From Oscillospiraceae bacterium (GTDB lineage Bacteria > Bacillota > Clostridia > Oscillospirales > Ruminococcaceae): a DNA stretch of 56,371 bases. The position numbers were made by a program, and so were the translations under genes. The notes below the pieces were generated by a model, which saw only the letters and a program-made list of their open reading frames with translations, made no database searches and was not told the origin of the DNA. The stretch lies in contig JAGAPB010000024.1 of NCBI GenBank assembly GCA_017847995.1, forward strand, positions 1 through 56,371. The letters run 5' to 3'. Below are positions 26,317 to 35,379 of the stretch, in pieces. Positions within the stretch are counted from its first letter, which is position 1, and every line of letters starts with the position of its first letter.

Positions 26317-27414
26317 ATGGAGAAACAGGAACGCAAGGAACTGCTGCGGCAGTATATGTCCATCCCCCGTCTTTCGGGCTACGAAAAGGAAATGGCCTAC
26401 CGCTTCCGCGACGATCTGGCACCCCTGGCCGACCGCGCTGTTATTGACCGTGTGGGCAATGTGATCGCCACCTTTGAGGGCAGCCAGAAGGACGCCCCCG
26501 CCCTGATGATCTTTGCCCACATGGACGTCATCGGCTTTATCATCACCTGCATTGACGAAAAGGGCTTTATCAAGGTGGACCGCATGGGCGGCGTACCCGA
26601 AAAGATCGTTGCCGCCACCCAGGTGCTGGTTGGCACCGAAAACGGCACCTATGTCAACGGCCTCATCGCCGCCAAAAGCTACCATGTGCAGTCGGCCGAA
26701 GAACGCAGCCGTGCCGATTCGCTGGCCAATATGTTCATCGACATCGGCGCCAACAGCCGTCAGGAAGTGCTGGACCTGGGCATCCAGGTGGGCTGCCCCG
26801 TAGTGTATGCTCCCCGTTATATGGAACTGCTCAACGACCGTGTTTCGGGCAGCTATCTGGACGACGCCTCCGGCATGGTGACCATGCTGGAACTGGCCCG
26901 CCACATGAAGGAGCACCGTCCCAAGGCCACCGTACACCTGGTGGGCACCGTTTGGGAAGAATTTAACGCCCGCGGCGCCATGCTGGCCGCCCGCACCGCC
27001 AAAACCGACATGGCCATCTGCCTGCTGGGCCCCGGCGCAGGCGACACCCCCGACCAGAAGGGCCTGAACAATGTGGTGCTGGGCGAAGGCCCCGCTGTCA
27101 CCATGTTCAACTTCCACGGCAAGGGCACCCTCAACGGCTGTGTGGTACACGCAGGCATGTATAACCTGCTGAAGCAGTCGGCCGAGGAGAAGAACATCCC
27201 CCTGCAGCGCAGTGCAGGCCGCGGCGCCCTTTCGGACGCAGCCTATCTGCAGTTGGAGGGCGAGGGCATCCCCTGCATGGATATGGGCTGTCCCGACCGT
27301 TACAGCCACAGCATGTTGGAATGCCTGTCGCTGGATGACCATGAACGCACCGGCGCTTTGCTGGCCGCCTTCATCGACAACCTGGACAACAGCTTCAATC
27401 TGGACCGCTATTGA
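26317..27414 (+). CDS. M42-family metallopeptidase / FrvX-like protein
   Basis: The N-terminal LSGYEKEM, MIFAHMDVIGF and overall similarity to YsdC/FrvX-type M42 proteins were recognised by eye. Confidence 0.75.
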   Translation: MEKQERKELLRQYMSIPRLSGYEKEMAYRFRDDLAPLADRAVIDRVGNVIATFEGSQKDAPALMIFAHMDVIGFIITCIDEKGFIKVDRMGGVPEKIVAATQVLVGTENGTYVNGLIAAKSYHVQSAEERSRADSLANMFIDIGANSRQEVLDLGIQVGCPVVYAPRYMELLNDRVSGSYLDDASGMVTMLELARHMKEHRPKATVHLVGTVWEEFNARGAMLAARTAKTDMAICLLGPGAGDTPDQKGLNNVVLGEGPAVTMFNFHGKGTLNGCVVHAGMYNLLKQSAEEKNIPLQRSAGRGALSDAAYLQLEGEGIPCMDMGCPDRYSHSMLECLSLDDHERTGALLAAFIDNLDNSFNLDRY

Positions 27415-27486
27415 TGAAAAACAAGGCCTCCTTTTTGCAAGGGAGGCCTTTGCCTTAAAATTCTTCTTTGGAAAGGAAGTTTTGCT

Positions 27487-28962
27487 ATGCGTGATCTGCT
27501 GATCGGCTTGGACGGCGGCACCGGCGGCATGCGTGCCTTTGTGTTTGACAAACAGGGCAATGTGCTGGCCAGCGCCGACGCCCCCTACGAAACCATCTAT
27601 CCCCAAAGCGGCTGGGCCGAACAGCGCCCCCAAGATTGGTGGCAGGCTGTCTGCACCAGCCTGCGGGAAGCCATGGAAAAGGCCGATGTGACCGCCGACC
27701 GGGTGGCCGCCCTGTGCGCCGCCACCACAAGCTGCACCGTAATGACCTGCGGCCGTGACGGCAGCACCAACGATAACGCCCTGCTGTGGATGGACGTGCG
27801 GGCCGCCGCCCAGGCCGAAGAAATTTTTAAGGCCACCGGCGAAAGCCCCAGTGCCGAACACTTCCCCAGCAAGGCTCTGTGGCTGAAGCAAAACCAGCCC
27901 CAGCGCTGGGCCGAAGCCCAGGTGCTGTGCGAATATCAGGACTGGATCAACTACCGCCTGACCGGGCGCTGGTGCTTCAGCGTAAACACCGCCTGCAACT
28001 GGGGCTACAACAAGCGCAAGGGCGGCTTTTACACCGATTTTTACCACAAATGCGGGCTGGGCGACGCCCTTGAAAAAATGCCCAAGGATGCCGTCTGCGC
28101 CGGCGACAAGGTGGGCCATTTGACCGCCGAAGCCGCCGCCCAACTGGGCCTGGATACCGAAGTTTTGGTGGCCCAGGGGGGCATTGACGCCTCCATCGGC
28201 ATGCTGGGCATGGGGGTAAGCAAGCCCGGCGCCGCCGCCATGATGACCGGTTCTTCCAACCTGGTGATGGCCGCCACCACCGAGCCCACCTTCTGCGGGG
28301 TGGATAGCTTCAACGCAGGGCCCGACTTTTTGCTGGAAGGCTGCTACACCAGCGTGCAGGGGCAGGTTTCCACCGGCTCCATCCTGCGCTGGTTCCGCCG
28401 CGAATTTGCCCGCGACCTGGACGAAAAGGAATGCTTCAAGCTGCTGGACAAGGTCGCCGAAGAGGTGGAGATCGGCTGCGGCGGGCTGACCCTGCTGGAT
28501 TATTGGCAGGGCAACCGCGCCCCCCACAACGACGCCGAGGTGCGCGGGGTCATCTATGGCCTTTCCATGAGCACCACCCGCGAGGCCATCTTCCGGGCCG
28601 TGCTGGAGGGCATTGCCTGCGGCACCGAGGACCTGCTGGAGCAGTTCCGCAAAAAGGGCACCCCCATCACCGAGCTTTACGTTTCGGGCGGTACCACCCG
28701 TTCCCCTTTGTTCATGCAGATCCACGCCGACCTGAGCGGCATCCCCATGCACATCACCTCCGACTATTCGGTGGCCCTGGGCTGCGGCATCTGCGCCGCC
28801 CACGCCGCCGGGTTCTACCCCACCATTCCCCAGGCGGTGGAAAGCATGGTGCGCCCTGCCGGCACCGTTCTGCCCGACCCCCAGCGCCACCAGGCCTACA
28901 AGCCGGTGCTGGAACGCTACCGCAGCTTCTACGCCGCACTGCGTCCCTGGGTACATCAGTAA
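27487..28962 (+). CDS. FGGY-family carbohydrate kinase
   Basis: N-terminal LIGLDGGTGGMRAFVFD plus QSGWAEQRPQDWW, and C-terminal SGGTTRSPLFMQIHADL. Confidence 0.85.
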   Translation: MRDLLIGLDGGTGGMRAFVFDKQGNVLASADAPYETIYPQSGWAEQRPQDWWQAVCTSLREAMEKADVTADRVAALCAATTSCTVMTCGRDGSTNDNALLWMDVRAAAQAEEIFKATGESPSAEHFPSKALWLKQNQPQRWAEAQVLCEYQDWINYRLTGRWCFSVNTACNWGYNKRKGGFYTDFYHKCGLGDALEKMPKDAVCAGDKVGHLTAEAAAQLGLDTEVLVAQGGIDASIGMLGMGVSKPGAAAMMTGSSNLVMAATTEPTFCGVDSFNAGPDFLLEGCYTSVQGQVSTGSILRWFRREFARDLDEKECFKLLDKVAEEVEIGCGGLTLLDYWQGNRAPHNDAEVRGVIYGLSMSTTREAIFRAVLEGIACGTEDLLEQFRKKGTPITELYVSGGTTRSPLFMQIHADLSGIPMHITSDYSVALGCGICAAHAAGFYPTIPQAVESMVRPAGTVLPDPQRHQAYKPVLERYRSFYAALRPWVHQ

Positions 28963-28970
28963 CAAAAGAA

Positions 28971-29004
28971 AGACCCCGTTTTTTGCCGAAAGCGGGGTCT
29001 TTTT
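28971..29004 (+). terminator. Rho-independent terminator of the sugar operon
   Basis: Stem agaccccg / cggggtct followed by tttt. Confidence 0.6.
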
Positions 29005-29142
29005 GCGTCCCAAAGGGCCTTTGCAACCGCCGGTTGCGGAAATTTCCAACACAAATTGATGGAAAGCAACCTCAAAACATGGTATCCTGTAACCAGAAGA
29101 AAACCGGTTGCCTCTTCCAAACCTGTGATGGGAGGAACGAAA

Positions 29143-30117
29143 ATGATACTTGCTGAAAAAATTTTGGCCCTGCGCACCGCCCAGGGGTGGAGCCAGGAAG
29201 AACTGGCCGAAAAGCTGGGGGTCAGCCGCCAGTCGGTCTCCAAATGGGAAAGTGCCGCCAGCATCCCCGACCTGAACAAAATACTCCAGTTGGCCCAGGT
29301 GTTTGGGGTTTCCACCGACTATCTGCTCAAGGATGAGATGGAGGCGGTGGAATACAGCGGCGAAGAGGAAACCAGCGGCATCCGTATCAGCCTGAAGCAG
29401 GCCGAAGAATTTTTGGCTGTGCGGCAGAGTGAGTTTAAAAAGGTGGCTATCGGCGTGATGATGTGCATCCTCAGCCCCATTCTGCTGATTGTGCTGCCGG
29501 TGCTGGCCATCCCCGCCCCCGGCGAGGTGGTGGGCTGGTTCACCGAAGAAACAGCCGCCGGCCTCGGCCTGACCGCCCTGCTGGTCATTGTGGCCGCCGC
29601 GGTGGCCCTTTTTGTGGTTGCGGGCATGCGGCTGGGCAAATATGAAAGCTGGGAAAAAGAACCCATCGAACTGGACTACGGCGTAAAGGGAATTGTGGAA
29701 GAACGGCTGAAGGCCTGCGAAGGAGACTGCACCAGAAATATTGTGCTGGGGGTGGTGCTTTGCATCCTTTCGCCCATTCCGCTGATCTCGGCGGCTCTGT
29801 TTGGGGCCCCGGATGTTGTGCTGGTGGGGCTGGTGGGTGTTTTGCTGGCCCTTGTGGCGGTGGCGGTGGTGTTTTTCATCACTTCGGCCCCCATACGCGG
29901 CGGATGTCAAATTTTGCTGCGGGTGGGCGACTACACCCCGGACAACATCGAAAAACAGAAAAAGGCCGACCGCATCGGCGGCATCTACTGGCCGGTGGTG
30001 GTAGCCCTCTATCTGGCGGTCAGCTTTATCACCAACCGGTGGGAGATCACCTGGATTATCTGGCCGGTGGCGGCGGTGGCCTTTGGTGCTGTCAGCGCCT
30101 TTGTGGCACGCAAGTGA
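29143..30117 (+). CDS. XRE-family HTH protein fused to a multi-TM membrane domain
   Basis: HTH_3 motif GWSQEELAEKLGVSRQSVSKWE, then several hydrophobic helices. The ATG at 29143 is preceded by GGAGG. The upstream 29 codons of the track ORF were discarded. Confidence 0.75.
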   Translation: MILAEKILALRTAQGWSQEELAEKLGVSRQSVSKWESAASIPDLNKILQLAQVFGVSTDYLLKDEMEAVEYSGEEETSGIRISLKQAEEFLAVRQSEFKKVAIGVMMCILSPILLIVLPVLAIPAPGEVVGWFTEETAAGLGLTALLVIVAAAVALFVVAGMRLGKYESWEKEPIELDYGVKGIVEERLKACEGDCTRNIVLGVVLCILSPIPLISAALFGAPDVVLVGLVGVLLALVAVAVVFFITSAPIRGGCQILLRVGDYTPDNIEKQKKADRIGGIYWPVVVALYLAVSFITNRWEITWIIWPVAAVAFGAVSAFVARK

Positions 30118-30196
30118 AAAAAATATTGCAGGCCAATTAAAACCATGTTAGAATAAAACAAAGGAGAGAAGATCCGCCGCAGTACGAGGTGATTTG

Positions 30197-30457
30197 ATGC
30201 AGTGGGATGACAATAAAAGAAAGGTGCTTAGAAGGGTGCTGTATGCAGCAGGCATTCTACTGCTGCTTTTTCTTGCCTTTGCCATTTATGCAATGCAATG
30301 GCCGGGGAAAAGCGTTGAAACAAAAGTGATTGCCATACTGTCAATGGCCTGCGTCATAGCTGCCGATCAAATGAAAGAAAAACTACAGCTGGATGCAGCA
30401 ACGATCATCCGATATATTTTTATTTTGGCGCTTTATGCACTTGTCATATGGCTTTAA
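30197..30457 (+). CDS. Small hydrophobic protein (86 aa), unknown function
   Basis: Two predicted TM segments, RBS GAGGTG, and an AT-rich composition relative to neighbours. Confidence 0.4.
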   Translation: MQWDDNKRKVLRRVLYAAGILLLLFLAFAIYAMQWPGKSVETKVIAILSMACVIAADQMKEKLQLDAATIIRYIFILALYALVIWL

Positions 30458-30465
30458 GAGAAAAA

Positions 30466-30495
30466 CCCCTCCCGATCAATATCGGGAGGGGTTTT
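30466..30495. terminator. Bidirectional terminator
   Basis: A perfect 11-bp stem cccctcccgat / atcgggagggg with loop caat. It is flanked by an A-run and a T-run between convergent genes. Confidence 0.7.
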
Positions 30496-30517
30496 GTGTT
30501 GATATTACCGTTTGAAC

Positions 30518-31111
30518 TTAGTCCAGGATGGGCAGTTCGTAAAGGTAGAACAGGTCTTCGGGGAAGTTGGCGCCCTGTTCCACACCGATAACGGCATGGC
30601 AGGCAACCTCGGCACCGGCTGCTGCAACCAGGGCGCGCAGGGCCTTGGTGGTGCCGCCGCCGCCAAATACGTCGTCAACCATCAGAACCTTTTTGCCCTT
30701 GATGTATTCGGCGTCATCATCGGTCAGGGAAAGGATCTGATCGTGGTTGGTGGTAACAGAACGGTAGGTGGCCTGAACCTTGCTGGCGCCTTCCGAGCTC
30801 TTGCGGGCCACTACGGTGTGGGTCAGTTCGGGGTGCTTTTTGCTCCAGCGCACGGCGATGGCGTGGGCCAGGGCGTTGCTCTTGGAAACGGGGTTGAGGA
30901 TGGTGTCAAATTCGGCACCGGCAGCTTCCAAAGCTTCCACCAGCATGTCGGCAGAGGCTTCGATCAGGGCATGCTGACCGGAAATATCCAGAAAGCCCAC
31001 CCACTTGCCGGCAATCAGCTTAAAGGGAAGATAAAACACATCTTCGCCCATGTTTACCTGCAGGAACTTGTCTTCGCCCTTTTTGATGATTTCAGTGGTG
31101 ATCTTGCTCAT
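30518..31111 (-). CDS. Phosphoribosyltransferase-domain protein
   Basis: PRPP-binding motif VLMVDDVFGGGGTT. 197 aa. Confidence 0.7.
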   Translation of the reverse strand: MSKITTEIIKKGEDKFLQVNMGEDVFYLPFKLIAGKWVGFLDISGQHALIEASADMLVEALEAAGAEFDTILNPVSKSNALAHAIAVRWSKKHPELTHTVVARKSSEGASKVQATYRSVTTNHDQILSLTDDDAEYIKGKKVLMVDDVFGGGGTTKALRALVAAAGAEVACHAVIGVEQGANFPEDLFYLYELPILD

Positions 31112-31190
31112 GTTGATCTATCCTTTCGCAGTCCTTATTGATTCAAAATTGGTTTGGTTTTGGTGCAGCGGGGGGATTTGCCGATGAGGA

Positions 31191-32954
31191 TCATTCTTCC
31201 TCGGTTCTGGTGATGGCGATGCACAGCTCGTCCAGGTTCTTGGGTTCCACTTCGCCGGGAGCCTGGGTCATCAGTTCGCTGGCGTTCTGTACCTTGGGGA
31301 AGGCGATGACGTCGCGGATACTTTCCTTGTTCAGCATCAGCATGACCAGACGGTCCAGACCAAAGGCCATGCCGCCGTGGGGGGGAGCACCGTACTTGAA
31401 GGCCTCCAGCAGGAAGCCGAACCGTTCGTTGGCGGTGGCTTCGTCCAGATTCAGGGCTTCAAAGACCTTGCTTTGGATATCGGGGTCGTTGATACGGATG
31501 GAACCGCCGCCCACTTCGCAGCCATTCAGAACCATGTCGTAGGCACGGGCGTAGCAGTGGCCGGGGTCGGAAAGCAGCTTGTCCACATCCTCCAGACGGG
31601 GGCTGGTGAAGGGATGGTGCATGGCCATCCAGCGGCCTTCTTCTTCCGAGTATTCAAACATGGGGAATTCGGTGACCCACAGCAGGTCAAAGCTGTTTTC
31701 GGGGATGAGGTCCAGGCGCTTGACCAGCTCGCAGCGCAGGGCGCCCAGGGCGGCAAACACAACGCTGTTCTGGGGGTCGGCCACAATGAGAATGACGTCA
31801 CCGGTTTTGGCGCCCAGGGCGTTGCGGATGCCCATCTTTTCCTCTTCGGTCAGGAACTTTTCGTAGGAAGAGGTTTCGGCGTCGGCGGTCAGGCGGGTGT
31901 AGGCCAGGCCCTTGGCGTGGTAGGCCTTTACAAAATCCACCAGCTTGTCAATTTCCTTGCGGCTGAGTTTGGCGGCAGCATCGGGAACCAGGATGGCGCG
32001 AACCGAGCCGCCATTGTCAATGGCGCCGCGGAACACCTTGAATTCGGTGTCCTTTACGATGTCGGTCAGGTCATTGAGCTCCAGGCCAAAGCGGGCCATG
32101 GCCTCGTCGTAGCGGATGCGGCGGAAAGGAGTTTCGATATCGATGCCGTGAACTTCCTTAAAGACCTTCTTCATAAAGCCTTCGTTCATGGTCATGACGT
32201 CGTCCTCCTCCACAAAGGACATTTCCAGGTCGATCTGGGTGAATTCGGGCTGGCGGTCGGCACGCAGGTCTTCGTCACGGAAGCAACGGGCCACCTGCAT
32301 ATAGCGGTCGCAGCCGGAAACCATCAAAATCTGCTTGTAAAGCTGGGGGGACTGGGGCAGGGCGTAAAACTTGCCGGGATGCACACGGCTGGGTACCAGA
32401 TAGTCGCGAGCACCTTCAGGGGTGGACTTGATGAGACAGGGGGTCTCGATCTCCATAAAGCGGTTCTGGTCGTAATAGTCGCGGGCGATCTTGACGATGC
32501 GGTGGCGCAGCATCAGGGCATTCTGCATTTCGGCCCGGCGCAGGTCCAGGTAGCGGTAGCGCAGGCGCAGCTCTTCGCGGGCGTTGGTCTTGTCAGAAAT
32601 TTCAAAAGGAGGGGTTTCGCTCTTGGCCAGCACGCGCAGATCGTCAACATAAATTTCGATGGTGCCGGTGGGGATATCCTTGTTGATGGATTCGCGGGCG
32701 CGAACCTTGCCGTTGGCCATCAGCACAAATTCGGCACGGGCAGCGGCGGCCTTTTCAAAAATATCGCGGGCGGTGCCGTCGTCGAATGCCAACTGGATGA
32801 TGCCGGTGCGGTCACGCAGATCGATAAACACCAGATTGCCCAGGTCACGGGTCTTCTGTACAAAGCCGGCAACGGTAACGCTGCTGCCGATGTCGCTTTC
32901 CTTTACTTCGGCGCAATAGTGGGTGCGCTTCAGTCCCTGCATAGTATCTGCCAT
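31191..32954 (-). CDS. aspS: Aspartate--tRNA ligase
   Basis: 587 aa with class II motifs FRDEDLRADRQPEFTQID, GGGSIRI and GMAFGLDRL. Confidence 0.95.
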   Translation of the reverse strand: MADTMQGLKRTHYCAEVKESDIGSSVTVAGFVQKTRDLGNLVFIDLRDRTGIIQLAFDDGTARDIFEKAAAARAEFVLMANGKVRARESINKDIPTGTIEIYVDDLRVLAKSETPPFEISDKTNAREELRLRYRYLDLRRAEMQNALMLRHRIVKIARDYYDQNRFMEIETPCLIKSTPEGARDYLVPSRVHPGKFYALPQSPQLYKQILMVSGCDRYMQVARCFRDEDLRADRQPEFTQIDLEMSFVEEDDVMTMNEGFMKKVFKEVHGIDIETPFRRIRYDEAMARFGLELNDLTDIVKDTEFKVFRGAIDNGGSVRAILVPDAAAKLSRKEIDKLVDFVKAYHAKGLAYTRLTADAETSSYEKFLTEEEKMGIRNALGAKTGDVILIVADPQNSVVFAALGALRCELVKRLDLIPENSFDLLWVTEFPMFEYSEEEGRWMAMHHPFTSPRLEDVDKLLSDPGHCYARAYDMVLNGCEVGGGSIRINDPDIQSKVFEALNLDEATANERFGFLLEAFKYGAPPHGGMAFGLDRLVMLMLNKESIRDVIAFPKVQNASELMTQAPGEVEPKNLDELCIAITRTEEE

Positions 32955-32972
32955 GGGTATTCCTCCCTAAGA

Positions 32973-34271
32973 TTAAAGTTCGTTGTAGGCGGCGTTGGCC
33001 ATCATGTCGTAGATGATATCGGAAAAATCATCACCGATCTCTACCTCGGTCTGTTCGCCGGTGGACATGTTTTTCAGGTTGGCCTTGCCGGTTTCAATTT
33101 CGCTGTCGCCCAGCACCATGCTGTAGCGGGCGTTCAGCTTGTTGGCGTATTTCATCTGAGCCTTCAGGCTGCGGCCCATCAGGTCGCATTCGGCATAAAA
33201 GCCGGCCTGGCGCAGCTGGCCGCACAGTTCAAAGGCCTTGAGGGCAGCGGCCTCGCCCATATTGGCCAGGTAGATGTCACAGTTGACAGGGTCGGGCATT
33301 TCGGCCTTGGCGGCATCCAGCACCAGCAGCAGGCGTTCGATGCCCATGCCGAAGCCGAGGGCGGGGGTGTGCTGGCCGCCCAGCTCTTCCACCAGGCCGT
33401 CGTAGCGGCCGCCGCCGCAAACGGTGCCCTGGGCGCTGATCTGGCCCGAAACAAATTCAAACACGGTTTTGGTGTAGTAATCCAGGCCGCGGACGATGCG
33501 GGGGTTGACCACATAGGGGATGTTCAGGGCATCCAGACGGGTCTGCAGGCCCTGGAAGTGGGTGGAGCATTCCTCGCACAGGTGGTCCAGCACCACGGGG
33601 GCGCCGGCGGCAATTTCGCCGCAGATGGGGCTCTTGCAGTCCAGGATGCGCAGGGGGTTCTTTTCCAAACGCTCCAGACAGGTGGGGCAGAGCTTGTCCT
33701 TGTGGCCTTCAAAATAGGCCTTGAGGGCGTCGTGGTACTTGGGACGGCAGTGGGGGCAGCCGATGGAGTTTACCTCAAGGGTGAGACTTTCAGCAGGAAC
33801 GCCCACGGCGGTCAGCACCTCGCTGGCCATGGCGATCAGCTCGGCGTCGGCGCTGGGGCCTTCGGAGCCGAATACCTCGGCGCCAAACTGGTGGAACTCG
33901 CGCAAACGGCCGGCCTGAGGCTTTTCGTAGCGGAAGCAGGAGGTGATGTAGCTTACCTTGAGGGGAAGTGCCTCACCCAGCAGGCCGTGTTCCATTACGG
34001 CGCGCACGGTGCCGGCGGTGCCTTCGGGCCGCAGGGTGATGGAGCGGTCGCCCTTGTCGGTAAAGGTGTACATTTCCTTCTGCACAACGTCGGTGGTGTC
34101 GCCCACCGAACGCTGGAACAGCTCGGTGTGTTCAAAGGTGGGGAAACGAATTTCCCTGAAGCCGAACAGCTCGGCGGTGCGCAGCAGAGTATTCTCTACA
34201 TATTGCCATCTATGGCTTTCGCCCGGCAGAACATCCTGGGTTCCGCGGGGGGCTTTGGTCAGCAGTGCCAA
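32973..34271 (-). CDS. hisS: Histidine--tRNA ligase
   Basis: Motifs FRYEKPQAGRLREFHQFG and CGGGRYDGL. TTG start at 34271. Confidence 0.93.
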   Translation of the reverse strand: MALLTKAPRGTQDVLPGESHRWQYVENTLLRTAELFGFREIRFPTFEHTELFQRSVGDTTDVVQKEMYTFTDKGDRSITLRPEGTAGTVRAVMEHGLLGEALPLKVSYITSCFRYEKPQAGRLREFHQFGAEVFGSEGPSADAELIAMASEVLTAVGVPAESLTLEVNSIGCPHCRPKYHDALKAYFEGHKDKLCPTCLERLEKNPLRILDCKSPICGEIAAGAPVVLDHLCEECSTHFQGLQTRLDALNIPYVVNPRIVRGLDYYTKTVFEFVSGQISAQGTVCGGGRYDGLVEELGGQHTPALGFGMGIERLLLVLDAAKAEMPDPVNCDIYLANMGEAAALKAFELCGQLRQAGFYAECDLMGRSLKAQMKYANKLNARYSMVLGDSEIETGKANLKNMSTGEQTEVEIGDDFSDIIYDMMANAAYNEL

Positions 34272-34461
34272 TGGTGGTGGTCCTTTCGGGGGCAGTTTTG
34301 ATGCGGTTGCACCGGCCCATAAATATACATATTAAAATTACCGCAAAACGGCCAAAAAGTCAATGAAAAAGCCCTGTTTTTCGCCCGATTTGTGCCGGTT
34401 GCAAAGCCTGCAACACTATGATAAACTTTGGGCGGAAGGATATGCCCGCGGAGGTGACAAA

Positions 34462-34878
34462 ATGAAGCGAACGGTGCGCCCAAATATCGACCCGCCCTAC
34501 AGCCTGCACGATATGAACATCATCGCCTTTGAGGCAGAGGGGGATAAACTTACCCTCCGCACCCAGTCGGGCATGGTAAAGACCACGCCGCCCTGCAGCC
34601 AGCTTGACGGATACATCGAGTTTCACGGCGTTCAGTGGGATTTTTGCTATATTTACCTGCTGGGCGTTACCGGGAACGAAAGCGTTTTTAGCGGCGAAAA
34701 AATGTTTTTGAAGAACTTTCTTGCCAAAGGCGCGCCTTTTGGCTTTTCGGTGATGGACGAAACCTTTGGTTTTCGGCAAACCAAGCTGAGCGGCTATCTT
34801 TTGTCCCAGGGCCGCCACAATGAGTGCGTGGTTGAAATTTACCACGAGGGTGATATGGTTTATGTCACCGAAGAATGA
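34462..34878 (+). CDS. Hypothetical protein (138 aa)
   Basis: The ATG at 34462 is preceded by GGAGGTG, so the track ORF 34363.. is likely over-extended. No domain was recognised. Confidence 0.5.
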   Translation: MKRTVRPNIDPPYSLHDMNIIAFEAEGDKLTLRTQSGMVKTTPPCSQLDGYIEFHGVQWDFCYIYLLGVTGNESVFSGEKMFLKNFLAKGAPFGFSVMDETFGFRQTKLSGYLLSQGRHNECVVEIYHEGDMVYVTEE

Positions 34879-34965
34879 CAGCTTTCGGAACAAAAATTGA
34901 CAAGATTAAAAGAAAGACTGCGGCGCAGAATAAGCGTTGCAGTCTTTTTTGATGAGGTGAGGGAA

Positions 34966-35340
34966 ATGGCGAAGCGGCAAAAGGATGCGGCGGCACAGGC
35001 GGTGGAATATCTGAACAGCCGGAACAAACCTGCCGACCGGGCGCGGGTGCTGGTGATGGGCACCGGATGCGACGGCCGCTGCCGCCCGGAAAGGCCCTGC
35101 ACCATACGCAGCCTGCGGGATACAGGGGCGCTGGTGGATTTCTTCGACCCGGCGCTGCCCGAGGCCAACTGCGGCGGTCTGCGGGCACGGGGGGTGCGCA
35201 GCCTGACCCCTTCCGGCCTGGGCCGCTACGATCTGGTCATTCTGCAGCAGAATTGTGACGACGAGCTGCAAAGCAGGGTGGCCGCTTCGGCCCGCCATCT
35301 GCTGGATGCCCGCCCCGCCAAAGGGGACTGTATTATATAA
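34966..35340 (+). CDS. Hypothetical protein; weak resemblance to the C-terminal domain of UDP-glucose/GDP-mannose dehydrogenases (possible remnant)
   Basis: The ATG at 34966 is preceded by GAGGTGAGGG. VLVMGTG...SLRDTGALVDFFDP...RYDLVIL resembles the UDPG_MGDP_dh_C pattern, but the conserved residues are degenerate. Confidence 0.35.
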   Translation: MAKRQKDAAAQAVEYLNSRNKPADRARVLVMGTGCDGRCRPERPCTIRSLRDTGALVDFFDPALPEANCGGLRARGVRSLTPSGLGRYDLVILQQNCDDELQSRVAASARHLLDARPAKGDCII

Positions 35341-35344
35341 AAAA

Positions 35345-35370
35345 GGGCCGGTCGCCAGACCGGTCCTTTT
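35345..35370. terminator. Bidirectional terminator
   Basis: Stem gggccggtc / gaccggtcc (one mismatch) with loop gcca. An A-run precedes it and a T-run follows, between convergent genes. Confidence 0.55.
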
Positions 35371-35379
35371 GCTGTTTGT

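Noticed and set aside
21543-28962. lsr (autoinducer-2) uptake and processing operon.
   Set aside because: Only the generic parts (binding protein, ATPase, two permeases, FGGY kinase) are present. No LsrF/LsrG/LsrR equivalents were found, and an M42 peptidase-like gene is inserted, so the assignment would be guesswork.
26257-29910. Very long ORFs opposite known genes: 26257-29910(-) at 1217 aa, 31377-34301(+), 43417-45816(+), 24264-26363(-), 19816-21372(-), 21414-22673(-), 22621-24102(-), 49857-51257(-), 45801-47129(+), 39924-41192(+), 42338-43432(+), 41316-42176(+), 37615-38775(+), 38876-39994(+), 53237-54238(-), 11858-13048(+), 19023-19952(+).
   Set aside because: Their translations are low-complexity G/A/V/H/Q/D-rich strings with no motifs. 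Each is the antisense shadow of a confidently recognised gene (ABC operon, aspS/hisS, arg genes, fhs, upp, etc.). Strong C-ending codon bias suppresses stop codons on the opposite strand.
34272-34461. T-box leader upstream of hisS.
   Set aside because: The spacer to the divergent gene is only about 190 bp. After a plausible promoter (TTGACT-17-TAATTT) only about 60 nt of leader remain, and no T-box or specifier-loop motifs are visible.
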